A stretch of 64,000 bases of DNA, taken from contig NC_135801.1 of assembly GCF_964213995.1 (NCBI RefSeq), positions 155,248,001 through 155,312,000 of the forward strand, read 5' to 3'. This document shows, piece by piece, positions 1 through 11,137 of this stretch (positions are counted from its first letter, which is position 1; every line of letters starts with the position of its first letter). The notes below the pieces were generated by a model. It saw nothing but the letters and a program-made list of their open reading frames with translations, had not been told where the DNA came from and did not search any database. This stretch comes from Mustelus asterias. Taxonomy: Eukaryota. The position numbers and the translations under genes are program-made.

Positions 1-282
1 TCCTGCTCCTTGGCCAAGTTGGTTCATTTAATCCTGAGTTTATTAACAAGTTCTGAAAACAACAGACAAAGTGGTGCATTCATCATTAAAGAGCAGTCTG
101 GCTGCCCCAGTGAGCTGGCTGATGTTAGCTGGGACAGCATTCTGCGTGTGTTACAATTTGTCATTTCACCCCTGGGAAATGGAGAAAAAATTTAGCCAAG
201 GCTCCAACTCCTGATTATTAACCGCTCACCATTGCAGAAATGCTCATATCCAGGAAAGAGAGGCAGGAAGAATTTTTTTTTA

Positions 283-375
283 ATTATTCGTTTATGGGAC
301 ATGGGCATCGCTGGCTGGCCAGCATTTATTGCCCATTTCTAGTTGCCTTGGAGAGCAGTTGAGAGTCAACCACAT
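283..375 (-). mobile_element. 3' tail fragment of SINE family B / LINE-B
   Basis: Reverse complement of the tail GGGCAATAAATGCTGGCCAGCCAGCGATGCCCATGTCCC seen at 1230-1275 and 59730-59790. Confidence 0.65.
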
Positions 376-376
376 T

Positions 377-500
377 GAAACATAGAAACATAGAAACCCT
401 ACAGTGCAGAAGGAGGCCATTCGGCCCATCGACCACAATCCCACCCAGGCCCTACCCCCACATATTTTACCCGCTAATCCCTCTAACCTACGCATCCCAG
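377..500 (-). mobile_element. HE1-type SINE, 3' fragment
   Basis: (CATAGAAA)n tail plus CCCTACAGTGCAGAAGGAGGCCATTCGGCCCATCG shared with the other HE1 copies. Confidence 0.8.
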
Positions 501-827
501 GTGTTAAGAAAATGATCCAACCTTCCTCACAGACTTGTTTCGTTCCTCTGTCTCCAGGAAATGGCAAATCTGTTCACGACATGTTTCCAAAGCTGAGAGC
601 AGGTTTCCAGCACCACCACATGCAGTCATTTGTCATGTGTGAGTTTGGGGGCACTGCCACCAAGCCCAACCTTATATTTATTCAGTATCAACATGCATGC
701 AGTTCCAAAGGGCCATTGGATGGGGATTAGGTCAACTCATTTTGTCATCTGACCCCACTGGCATGTCTGTACATGTGTATGAGTAAGAAATTTCAGACAG
801 GGCCATGAGGCAGGGCTTAAAGAAGGA

Positions 828-1277
828 ACCTGTGTATTATCACTGGTCTAGCAATCCAGAGACCCAGGGTAATGCTCCGAGGGTTTGGGTTCAAATTCAA
901 TAGAATATCTGGAATTAAAAGTCTATCATGAATATCACGAAACTATTGTCGATTATTGTGAAAAAACCCATCTGGTTCACTAATGTCCTTTCGAGAAGGA
1001 AATCTGCCATCCTTTGGTCTGGCCTTAATGTGACAGTAAGAAGTCTCACAACACCAGGTTAAAGTCAAACAGGTTTACCTCAACCTGTTGGACTTTAACC
1101 TGGTGTTGTGAGACTTCTTACTGTGCTTACCCCAGTCCAACGCCGGCATCTCCACATCTTAATGTGACTCCAGACCCACAGTAATGTGGTTGACTCTCAA
1201 ATGCCCTCTGAAACGGAGGGCTGTTAGGTATGGGGAATAAATGCTGACCCAGCCAACAATGCCCACATCCTGTAAAA
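828..1277 (+). mobile_element. tRNA-derived SINE family B, interrupted by a Penelope-derived insert
   Basis: B-box-like GGGTTCAAAT, core CCCATCTGGTTCACTAATGTCCTT..GAAGGAAATCTGCC, and the same tail as 59432-59795. Confidence 0.75.
1035..1157. mobile_element. Penelope-like (pLTR-derived) foldback element, centrally deleted
   Basis: 43-bp inverted arms (1033-1075 / 1082-1124, one mismatch); flanking direct repeat CTTAATGTGAC (1024-1034, 1158-1168); same arms as 36833-37024. Confidence 0.7.
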
Positions 1278-1299
1278 ATGCTCTAAGTGCGTAATCCAG

Positions 1300-1530
1300 C
1301 AGATATCTGTGGAATTCCCTCCCCAGTGAAGCAGTTGAGGCTACCTCATTGAATGTTTTAAGGCAAGGATAGATATATATTTGAACAACAAAGGAATTAA
1401 GGGTTATGGTGAGCGGGCACCTAAGTGGAGCTGAATCCACGAAAAGATCAGCCATGAACTTATTGAATGGCGGAGCAGGCTCAAGGGGCCAGGTGGCCTC
1501 CTCCTGCCCCTAGTTCTTATGTTTTTATGT
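1300..1530 (+). mobile_element. CR1/HER1 LINE 3' end
   Basis: LWNSLP..AVEATSLNVFKARID C-terminal motif and CR1 3' UTR. Confidence 0.85.
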
Positions 1531-1594
1531 ATCTGAGGCCACATTATGAAGTGGAGATGAACCCGCATTGCAATGTTTAGAAGTCCAAAAGGCA

Positions 1595-1815
1595 TAAGAA
1601 AGAAAGATTTCAACTTATATATTGCCTTCTGTGACCTCAGGACATCCCAAAGGACTTTACAGCCAATGAAGTTTTTTTTTAAAGTGAGTCTCGTGCTGTA
1701 ATCTAGGATGTGTGGCAGGCAGCTATGCACCACAAGCTTCCACACATGGCAACATGAGAATGGCCAAATGGCCTGTTTTAGTGATGTGAGTCAGGGGCTA
1801 TGTGTTAGCCAGAGA
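1595..1815 (-). mobile_element. Old SINE with L2-like tail (DeuSINE/SacSINE1-like)
   Basis: Minus strand reads TGTAAAGTCCTTTGGGATGTCCTGAGGTCACAGAAGGCAATATATAAGTTG; related tails near 25370-25460 and 48460-48510. Confidence 0.5.
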
Positions 1816-2807
1816 AGACGAGGTGTAAGGCGGCTGTTTGAGGGATTGCTGTGAGTTGCTCACTGTGTGAGGGATTTACAGAACAAGTGGAGTGGGGCCG
1901 AAAGGTGTCAGAGGCAAGGAATTTGAGGCAAGGTTGGTGGATGAGAGTTCAAAACAAGAATGAGAGTGTGGAGTGAGAGGTGAGTTTGTGAGACTGGGGT
2001 GACGATTGGAACATAAAATGAGGCAGCGTTAAGGATGAACGACAGGACTGTGAGATCGATGGTGAAATGGAGTTTATGAGATGCATTATGAGTTGTACAT
2101 GAATATAAACTATTGTTAGGAATAGTGCAGCTGATTCATCAAGCCTGCCTCATACCGTCATGTTGCCAATAAACATGAACAAAGCAATGCCCTGGGAGAG
2201 GCAAAAAAAAGCCGGTAAAAAATAACTCCGCTGATTATGAGGAAAATAAAGAATTCCGAGAAATTCTTTCTTGATTCCTGAATGATTACCAAGAGAGCAC
2301 ATTACTTAATATCTCACCTATTTTTGACGCATAATGAGATCATTCTTAGCCAAGGATTCGTCCAGCTGCCCTTTGCATATTTGCAAACTATCTACTCACC
2401 GCATGAATCAACAATTTGTTCTCAAGGTTATCTTCTGTAAAAGGAAAGAAAAATCTCCTGATGTCTCTTGTAGTTCTTTACTTAAACAGGTTATATGCAC
2501 ATCCCCAGGTTCTCCTTGATTGATATTATTCACATGGATTCCCACATGCACACAGTTTAGATCCTTCCTTATTTTAAGTGTCTCCTCCTCTTGGTCTAAA
2601 CTCTTCTAGACTTAAAAAGATCCAAATACCTAAACCTATCATAACAACTAAAAGCTTTTATTTAAGTATCAATCTTCTCAGTCTTTCTCAGGGCCTTTAT
2701 ATCAACCAAGATGTGAGGGAACCAAAACTGGCAACAATAACAAATTAAGAGGGCACTCGGTACATCACCTACCTCCACTATGCTGTGTTACTCAACATTA
2801 TTACAAA

Positions 2808-3131
2808 CATAGCGTCATAGAATCCCTACAGTGCAAAGGAAGGCCATTTGGCTCATCGGGTCTGCACCGACCACAATCCCACCCAGGCCCTATTCTCATA
2901 ACCCCTCATATTTACCCTGCTAATCCCCCTTACATTAGGATCAATTTACCATGGCCAATCAACCTAACGTGCACATCTTTGGCCTGTGGGAGGAAACTGG
3001 AGCACCCGGAGGAAACCCATGCAGACATGGGGAGAATGTGCAAACTCCACACAGACAGTGACCCAAGGCCGGAATTGAACCTGGGTCCCTGGAGCTGTGA
3101 GGCAGCAGTGCTAGCCACTGTGACACCGTGC
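2808..3131 (-). mobile_element. HE1-type SINE, near full length
   Basis: tRNA-like head with A box (CAGTGGCTAGCACTGCTG) and B box (GGTTCAATTCC), V-SINE-like core, CR1-type CTATGA tail. Confidence 0.9.
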
Positions 3132-3429
3132 ATACACAACTCTTCCTTAAGGCTTTTCCCTGTCTAACTGATTATTTGTAAACACAAAGCTGAAAAAAAG
3201 AGATATTTTTATTCACAGCTTTAAACTCACTGGGGAATCTTCAGGCCGATCCACATCCAACAACCTGCTCTGAAAACTCTGCTCATATTTTGACAGCTGT
3301 GAGGAATTTCACCACAGCAGCTGAGCTACTCAGCATTCTCAAAGAATCAACGATGTTCTAAAAACTACGCAGAATATTCTTTAAATAAAAGTCAACTTTC
3401 CTGATCTTCCAGGAAAGATTAGGAAAATT

Positions 3430-3858
3430 GTTATGATCGATTGGAGAGGTTGGGATTATTCTACTTGGAGAGCAGAAGGCTAAGGGAAGATTTGATAGAG
3501 ATGTTCAAAATCATGAGGGGGCTGAACAGAGTTGACAGGAAGATACTGTTCCCGCTTGTAAAAGGATCAAGAACAACAGGGTAGATTTAAAGTGATTTGC
3601 ATACGAAGCAAATGAGAAAAAACTGTTTCACACAACAAGTGTTTTGGGACTGGAATGCACTGCCTGGAAGTGTGGTGGCAGCAGGTTTACTGAAGGAATT
3701 CAAGAGGATATTAGATGATTACTTGAATAGAAACAATGTGCATGAATATGGAGAAAAAGCAAGGGAATAGCACTCAGTCATGATGCTGATTTGGAGAGTC
3801 GGTGTAGACACAATGGTCCGAATGGCCTCCTTCTGCACCACCAAAATCTGTGATTCCA
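3430..3858 (+). mobile_element. CR1 LINE 3' fragment (degenerate)
   Basis: LERLGLFYLESRRLREDLIEMFKIMRG motif. Confidence 0.85.
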
Positions 3859-3944
3859 TAATTCTGTTCTTGGATCCTTCAAAAAAAAATCAAAGATCCA
3901 GACCTGCATCTTTGTCAAAAACTAATCAGTTCTTCTTTGACAGA

Positions 3945-5592
3945 ATAGCGAAGTATTATTTAAACGGTGATGAACTGGGAAGTGTTGATGTACGAAGGGA
4001 CATGGGTGCACCAGTTACTGAAAGTAAGCATGCAGATACAGCAAGCAGTAATGCAGGCAAATGGTATGCTCGAATTCATTGCAAGAGTACTTGAGGACTG
4101 GAGCAAGGATATCTTACTGCAACTGCACATGGGCCTTGGTGAGGTCACATCTGGAATGTGCAATTTTGGTCTCCTTATCAAAGAATGGGTATACTTGCCT
4201 CAGAGACAGTTCAGCAAAGGCGCACCAGACTGATTCCTGGAATGGCAGGTCTGTCGTATGAGGAGAGATTGAGTCATCTGGGCCTGTATTAACTGGAATT
4301 TAGAAGAATGAAAGGGGATCTAATTTTCACCCGCCTCCCCAGCGGGATATGTCACTGGCATGGTGTACCCCAAGAGTCAAAGGAAGCACCACTAACCTCC
4401 TCTGCAATAAGAGGCATCTTTCCCCTGGAGGTGACATGGGAGGAGGGGGGGCATGGAGGTTAAAGTGACCTGGCCACTTCAAAATTTGCACATCTGATAG
4501 GCAGGAATGCAGAAATTAATACAGGGCTGCCTGAAATCACGATGTCGGAGGTGATCTTCAGGTCTATCATGGCTAGAAGGGTCAAATCAACAATTGGGCC
4601 TACCTCCTCGAGCCCCCACGGGGTCCAAGGTGCCAGGCCAAGTGGCAGTGCCAGGGGTCTGTGGACTTTTGGTACTGCCATGGTACTTAGCCTGAAGGGA
4701 GGCTGAGGGGAGTTTGAGGGGTGAGGGGGCCTGAGTGGAGGGGGTGAGGGGGCCTGAGTGGAGGTCTGGGGGGGAGAGCTGTATGAAAAGTCTAAGCAGG
4801 GAGGGGGGTCAGGGCAGGAAGGGGCTGAGTGGGGATCTGGGGGGAGAGAGGGGCTGATGGAAAGTCTGAGTGGGGTCTGGGCAGGAGGGGGAGGCTGAAT
4901 GGAGAGCTGAGGGGGAAGAGGGCTGAGTGGAGGGAGGGTTAGGTCTCCGTCATGCCTGCATGTGCGGTGGGGGGGGCGGGGGGCGGTGGGGGGGGGGGTG
5001 GTGGGGGATGTGGTTACCTGTTATTTGTGGGCGGGGAGGAAGATGCTCCTCTTTGGGGAGGGGTTGGTGATGCTCCCTTGGTCAGTGTGGGAGCACCATT
5101 TATGTTATTGTAGGAGGGGTCCTATCTCTGAGCACGGGGATTGGGTCGCCCTTTAAAAATGCCAGCCCAGTCTCAGAACAGTGGGGCTGTTGGGCAGTTG
5201 CTGATATGAATAAATTAGCATCTATCAAGTGTGAGAATCCTGGAGTGTTTCCTGCTGGTGTGTGTACTTAGACCCAATTCGGGAGAACTGCAGACAAGGT
5301 AGTCCATTTAGAACTGAGATGAGGAGAAACCTCTGAGATGAGAAGAAACCTCTTCACTAAAAGGGCAGCGAACCTGTGGAAATCTGTACCACAGAAAGCT
5401 GTGAAGGCCAAGTCACTGAATATATTTAAGAAGGAAATATATGTACTTTTAGCTCTAAAAGTGTCAAGGTTATGGGGGAGAGTGCTGGAGTATGGTGTTG
5501 AGATAGAGGATCAGCCATGGTCATATTAAATGAAGGAGCAGACATGAAAGGCCGATTGGCCTACTCCTGCTCCTATTTAATATGCTTTCTAT
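3945..5592 (+). mobile_element. CR1 LINE ORF2 3' part, split by an insertion at about 4322-5295
   Basis: YYLNG..LGSVD..RDMG, QIQQAVMQANGML, ALVRSHLECA; resumes at about 5296 with FRTEMRRNLFTKR. Confidence 0.85.
4322..5295. mobile_element. GC-rich non-autonomous PIF/Harbinger-like element with G-rich tandem repeats
   Basis: Interrupts CR1; AATTTTCACCCGCC terminus like other MITEs here; imperfect GGGGGCCTGAGTGGAGG repeats at 4700-4935; possible Myb-like remnant IAEEVSGAS on the minus strand. Confidence 0.45.
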
Positions 5593-5611
5593 GGGCCTAT
5601 CTGTGTACCCT

Positions 5612-6272
5612 CGGCATGGTGGCACAGTGGTTAGCACTGCTGCCTCACAGCGCCAGGGACCCGGGTTCAATTCCAGCCTTGGATCACTGTCTGTGTGGAG
5701 GTTGCACATTCTCCCCGTGTCTGTGTGGGTTTCCTTCGGGTGCTCTGGTTTCCTCCCACACTCCAAAGATGTGCAGGCTAGGTTGATTGGCCATGCTAAA
5801 TTACCCCTTAGTGTCAAGGGGATTAGCAGGGTAAATAGAACATAGAACATAGAAAGCCACAGCACAAACAGGCCCTTCGGCCCACAAGTTGCGCTGATCA
5901 TATCCCTACCTCTAGGCCTATCTATAGCCCTCAATCCCATTAAATCCCATGTACTCATCCAGAAGTCTCTTAAAAGACCCCAACGAGTTTGCCTCCACCA
6001 CCACCGACGTCAGCCGATTCCACTCACCCACCACCCTCTGAGTGAAAAACTTACCCCTGACATCTCCTCTGTACCTACCCCCCAGCACCTTAAACCTGTG
6101 TCCTCTCGTAGCAACCATTTCAGCCCTTGGAAATAGCCTCTGAGAGTCTACCCTATCCAGACCTCTCAACATCTTGTAAATAGGTGGGGTTATGGGGATA
6201 GGGCCCAGGTGGGATTGTTGTGGATGCAGACTTGATGGGTCGAATGGCCTCCTTCTGCACTGTAGATTCTAT
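5612..6272 (+). mobile_element. HE1-type SINE split by a CR1 insertion
   Basis: Head and core at 5612-5838; tail resumes at 6176-6272. Confidence 0.9.
5839..6175 (-). mobile_element. Young CR1 3' fragment
   Basis: Open frame MLRGLDRVDSQRLFPR...FFTQRVVGEWN; TSD GTAAATAG at 5831-5838 and 6176-6183. Confidence 0.92.
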
Positions 6273-6541
6273 AGCTAGTTTCATTTAAATCTGTTCATTA
6301 GCTTTTGAGATGTAAAAGAGCAAAAAGACAAACAGTGCAAAACCATTACCAAGGTTTTGCACATACTCTGTGGCAGTGGTTGTTTATATTGGTTCATCCC
6401 AGCAATACATCCAAAAATTCTATTTACCTTTGCTGCAGCCTCACTGCACTGTCATGCTGTTTTAGAGACTCATGCACTCTATAAGGCCTAGGTCTCTTTC
6501 CTTCTCAATGGACCTTCCTTCTCAGAATCTTGAATGACGGT

Positions 6542-6824
6542 GGGCGGGATTTTCCAGCGGCGCTCGCCCAAAACTGGAAAATCCCACCCGAGGTCAATGG
6601 ACCTTTGCATGATCCGCATCCCCCCTCCTCCCCCCCCCCTCCGCCTCCCCAGTCCAGTACGATTCCCATGGCGGGCGGGGTGGGAAAATTCCACCCACAC
6701 TCCGGAGTTTAATGCCCCGCCATCCACGGAATCGGAGTGGGCAAGGGGCGGACAATGGGAAGGCCTGTTGATCTTGTGTGGGATTTTCCAATCTCGGATC
6801 CAGCAAGGCCGTAAAATCCCACCC
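6542..6824. mobile_element. Two adjacent, oppositely oriented Harbinger-type MITEs
   Basis: Termini GGGCGGGATTTT / AAAATTCCACCC (6696) / AAAATCCCACCC (6824); body homologous to 36665-36798. Confidence 0.7.
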
Positions 6825-7811
6825 ATAATATCTCAACTTATACGCCATGACACTGTATATCCCTCTTGAAATAACTTGCAAACATCAGTGCCTTCATATG
6901 TTAGATTGAGATAGATACAAATCTCTTCTGTTGACCAGCATTAAATAGATTTCATAACTATCAGAAATAAAATCTGAGCAATATCCTCCATTATTGTAAA
7001 ACGGCTAAAAAAAAACGTTATCTGGTTTTGTTAAGAAAATTCAATTTTACTGTTGTGCTGTATTTTTCACTGTCATTGGAACATCTGGTTAATCATCACA
7101 GATTTGTTGATCGTGTCGCTATTCTTTAATTTCATAAAGTTGCTATGCCTGGGTACTGAAGAATATTATCATTTTAAATTTTATATTGTGTGCATGTATA
7201 CTTTTCCACATATTGTATTGAGTTTGCTGAGGCCATGGAAGGTTACAAGTGTGTGTATTCCTTATCGATATTTCTCGGGTCTGTGTAACCGAAATACAAT
7301 TAAATGTTCAGGCCTACATTACAGTCACTTTTTGTTCGTTTGCTTCCTTTTATCAAGAGGGAGAATGAAGTCGTTTTTAACAATGGCGTTGATAACAATA
7401 GTGCAAGTTTTATTGCCGTCAGTGTAAAATGGGCTAAAGATTCCTGTGAGAATTAGTCAGGAGCTGAACAGAATGATTAATGAAAGGTAGGACGTGAGCT
7501 TCCATTCATGTTGGTCATGGCTGATATATTAATAGAGTTGTAGGGTATTCAGTGAATAACGGATGCATACTGACCACAGAGGTCCCATGTGCGATTCCCA
7601 GTATGTATTAAATGAGTCAATCTTAACCAGGATAGTGCTAGGGCTGCCATACCTGACCTTGGTGCCACAGCAAAGGGAGGAGTACAAATCTGCTTGGATC
7701 CTCACTTCTGATCTGCATCAAGCCTGGCTGGAAGAAAATTTGTGTGCACATTGGAATTAGGCTAAAGCTTGTGGGGGTGATGCCATTCATGGGCAAATGG
7801 CCTGCAAGCAG

Positions 7812-8167
7812 TCTCACTTCCCGCTGCCTCAGCAAAATAGCCAGCATAATTAAGGACCCCACACACCCCGGACATTCTCTCTTCCACCTTCTTCCTTCGG
7901 GAAAAAGATACAAAAGTCTGAGGTCACGTACCAACCGACTCAAGAACAGCTTCTTCTCTGCTGCTGTCAGACTTTTGAATAGACTTACCTTGCATTAAGT
8001 TGATCTTTCTCTACACGCTAGCTATGACTGTAACACGACATTCTGTACTCTCTCGTTTCCTTCTCTATGAATGGTATGCTTTGTCTGTATAGCGCGCAAG
8101 AAACAATACTTTTCACTGCATGTCAATACATGTGACAATAATAAATCAAATCAAATCAAAATCAAAG
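7812..8167 (+). mobile_element. Rex1/Babar-type LINE 3' end
   Basis: SIIKDPTHPGHSLFHLLPSGKRYKSLRSRTNRLKNSFF motif; (AATCA)n tail. Confidence 0.85.
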
Positions 8168-8957
8168 TCATTGTCCAGGATATCTGAGGAATAAAACTCT
8201 TTTATCCAAGTTGTCCATTGAGAGTTTGCCTCGAGGAGAGAATATTAGTGGGACAAATTGGGAAGAAAAATGGTGCTTTCCAGAGATTGCATAGGGCAGG
8301 CCACTTAGATTTTAGGTGAAAGGAAGGAAAGGGGAAGGTGAGAAATTCAACACTTCAGAAGTGTTTGGAAGGAAGGAGCTAGGGAAGGAAAGAATACTTT
8401 CCTCTGTTATTTTCAGAAGCATTGCGAAGCAGCTTGTTTCCAAATACATTGATTAATCAGAAAAATATTGATGAGGCTTGATTCCAATGTAGCAAGAAGG
8501 CAGACTAGATTTTAAATAAAGAAAATGTTTCACAACAATATGCCAGCACAGATTGTATTCACTGGAAACCAACTAACGATGGTACTAACAAAATCTTTTG
8601 TGGACTTCGGAGCCTGGATGTAGAGGACATGTGCAAAGGATATTCAGAAGCCAGCAATGGATTCAAGGCAGTAACTACACTGGCCAACATTGCCAGTGAT
8701 GCCCACACCCTATAAACAAATTTTAAAAAACCTGAGCAAAGAACTTCATAACACGCATTGGGACACAAGAGCAAGACGAGGGAGAAGTTATTATTTCTTG
8801 AGTTGAATTCTCTTTCTTTATCACATACTTGTTCATTCAAATGTGCTCTACCTGAAGGCAGGTCCTTTGGCTCATTGTCTGCTGATTCTTCCTCTTGAGC
8901 TGCTTTCTTGGCAGTATTTTGCCATTGCCTTTCACTCTCAGGGATAGATGGAGGAGA

Positions 8958-9172
8958 CATAGAAACCATAGAAACCCTACAGTGCAGAAAGAGGCCATTC
9001 GGCCCATCGAGTCTGCACCGACAACAATCCCACCCGGGCCCTATCCCCGTATCCCTACATATTTTACCTGCTAATCCCTCTAACCCTAATATTTACCCAC
9101 TAATCCCTCTAATCTACGCATCCCGCGACACTAAGGGGCAATTTAGCTTGGCCAATCAACCTAACCCGCACA
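8958..9172 (-). mobile_element. HE1-type SINE 3' half
   Basis: Tail and core homologous to the other copies; short internal duplication. Confidence 0.8.
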
Positions 9173-9199
9173 GGTCCCAAGACTCTGCTGGTCAACAGA

Positions 9200-9630
9200 A
9201 GTTCTCTCCGTGTATTCGTGGGTTTCCCCTATGTGTTCTGGTTTCCTCCCACAGTGCAAAGATGTGCAGGTTAGGTGGATTGGCCATGCTAAATTTCCTC
9301 TTGGTGTCCCAATATGTGTAGGTTTGTTTCAATTTGATTTGATTTGATTTATTATTGTCACATGTATTAACATATAGTGAAAAGTATTGTTCCTTGCACA
9401 CTATACAGACAAAGCATACCGTTCATAAAGAAGGAAACGAGAGAGTGCAGGATGTAGTGTTACAGTCACAGCTAGGGTGTAGAGAAAGAGGTTCGGGGGA
9501 TTAGCCATCATAGATGCTTGAGGTTACAGGGCTAAGTCGGGTGGACAAAGGTAAGATAAACGTTTGGAGTGTCGGTACAAACCTGATGGGCTGAATGGCC
9601 TCCTTCTCGCTGTAGGGACTCTAAGACTAA
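9200..9630 (+). mobile_element. HE1-type SINE (headless) split by an antisense Rex1 tail at 9330-9489
   Basis: SINE core 9200-9322 and tail 9490-9630; insert is the reverse complement of the 8000-8160 Rex1 UTR with (TGATT)n. Confidence 0.75.
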
Positions 9631-9907
9631 TTCAGGTAGAGCAGCGACTGAACCAACAATGTTGGCATTATTCTGAACCACACACTAGCCAAATGAGCTA
9701 AGCAGCCTCCTCATCACATATTCACTTGTGAATTGTATTGAAACTAGTGTGATAGAGTTGTAGCAGCTGAGCTGTTCAGAATCCAAACACATGACTTTGA
9801 GAAAGTGCCAGCCAAAAGAACCATATTTCAGAGGCAACAATTTGGGTAGCAGTTGGGGGAGGGGGAGAGACCTTATTTGACTTTAAATGTTTTGTTGGGT
9901 TTGGCCC

Positions 9908-10117
9908 AATTTTTTAAAAATACTTTTCCAATTCAGTCAAATCAAGTCCAATTCAGAGTCTCAACAAGTTGAGACATTTCCGATCCAAGCTGACAAGACA
10001 GGGCCTCCACTCCTGTCTTGGGCCTGATCCACATGAGCCAAGCTGATTGGAGTAGGTGCAGACTCACCTCCTCCAAGGCCTGATCTCATCCGCATCTTAG
10101 CCAAAAGGCCGAGACGC
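9908..10117 (-). mobile_element. U2 snRNA-headed short structured retroelement (copy 1)
   Basis: 10094-10114 reverse complement = TCTCGGCCTTTTGGCTAAGAT (U2 nt 7-27); two hairpin modules; body homologous to 42671-42886; A-rich end. Confidence 0.65.
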
Positions 10118-10118
10118 T

Positions 10119-10214
10119 GCTTTTTAAAAATTGCTTCAAATGAAGCTTAAATGTAACCCAATGACCTCAACCAAGTGCAGCCTGTCCACACCACACTTGA
10201 TCTTAGCCAAAGGG
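10119..10214 (-). mobile_element. U2 snRNA-headed short element (copy 2, different body)
   Basis: 10193-10211 reverse complement = TTTGGCTAAGATCAAGTGT (U2 nt 16-34), then about 70 nt of non-U2 body ending TTTTTAAAAA. Confidence 0.55.
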
Positions 10215-10689
10215 GGTTTGACCCAATTGCTCGTCCTACATGTCCAACACTCACAGGGCCAGATTTTCAATGCAGGGTCAAGAATGTGACACCTGTATTC
10301 TGGGTCCCAACCCTTTGCCGGAGCTGTGTCGTTCTCATAATACTAATTTTAAGTTTCTTTTTTTCTTTGATGGGATATGGACATTGGTGACAAGGAGGCT
10401 AGCATTTGTTGCCCATCCCTAATTCCCCATTAAATTTCCTAATTGGGCAGGAGGCCAGTTCAATGCTCAGTTAGTGGCATGAGCACCTCCAGAAAGCTGG
10501 AGCTGCCTGCCTTGCACCTGTGGCAAAGACAGGTGGCGGCTAGGTTGGGGCTTACTACTGTCATGTGAGATAGAGCAGGCAGGTCCTCAGAGGATCAGCA
10601 ACATAAAGGCATGAGAGGAAGTGTGGATGGGCAAAACTAAGATACTGCGCGTGTTCCAGTGTATGAGGCCCCATGATTTTATACATTGA

Positions 10690-11137
10690 AACATCCAGTG
10701 CATTGCAGTGAAGTTAACAGTTGTGCACTAACATGCAAAGGTAGTGGACAAAGCCCAGTCCATCATGCAAATCAGCCTCTCATCCATTGACTCTGTCTAC
10801 ACTTCCCACTACCTTGGAAAAGCAGCCAGCATGATCAATGACCCCCACGCACCCCGGACATTCTCTCTTCCACCTCCATCAGGAAAAAGATACAAAAGTC
10901 TGAGGTCACGTATGAACTAACTCAAGAACAGTTTCTTTCCTGCTGTCATCAGACTTTTGAATAGACCTACCTCATGTTAAGTTGATCTTTCTCTACACCC
11001 TAGTGATGACTGTAACATTATATCCTGCACCCTCTCCTTTCCTTCACTATGAATGGTATGCTTTGTCTGTCTAGCGTGCAAGAAACGATACTTTTCACTG
11101 TACATTAATATGTGACAACAAATCAAATCAATCAAAA
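10690..11137 (+). mobile_element. Rex1/Babar-type LINE 3' end
   Basis: Homologous to 7812-8167; (AATCA)n tail. Confidence 0.8.

Noticed and set aside
2930-3167. Recurrent short ORFs (MAQWLALLPHSARD.., CGRKPEHPEETH..) suggesting a peptide family
   Set aside because: These are translations of HE1 SINE copies.
5612-5690. tRNA gene
   Set aside because: tRNA-like A/B boxes belong to SINE heads and continue into SINE body; no cloverleaf.
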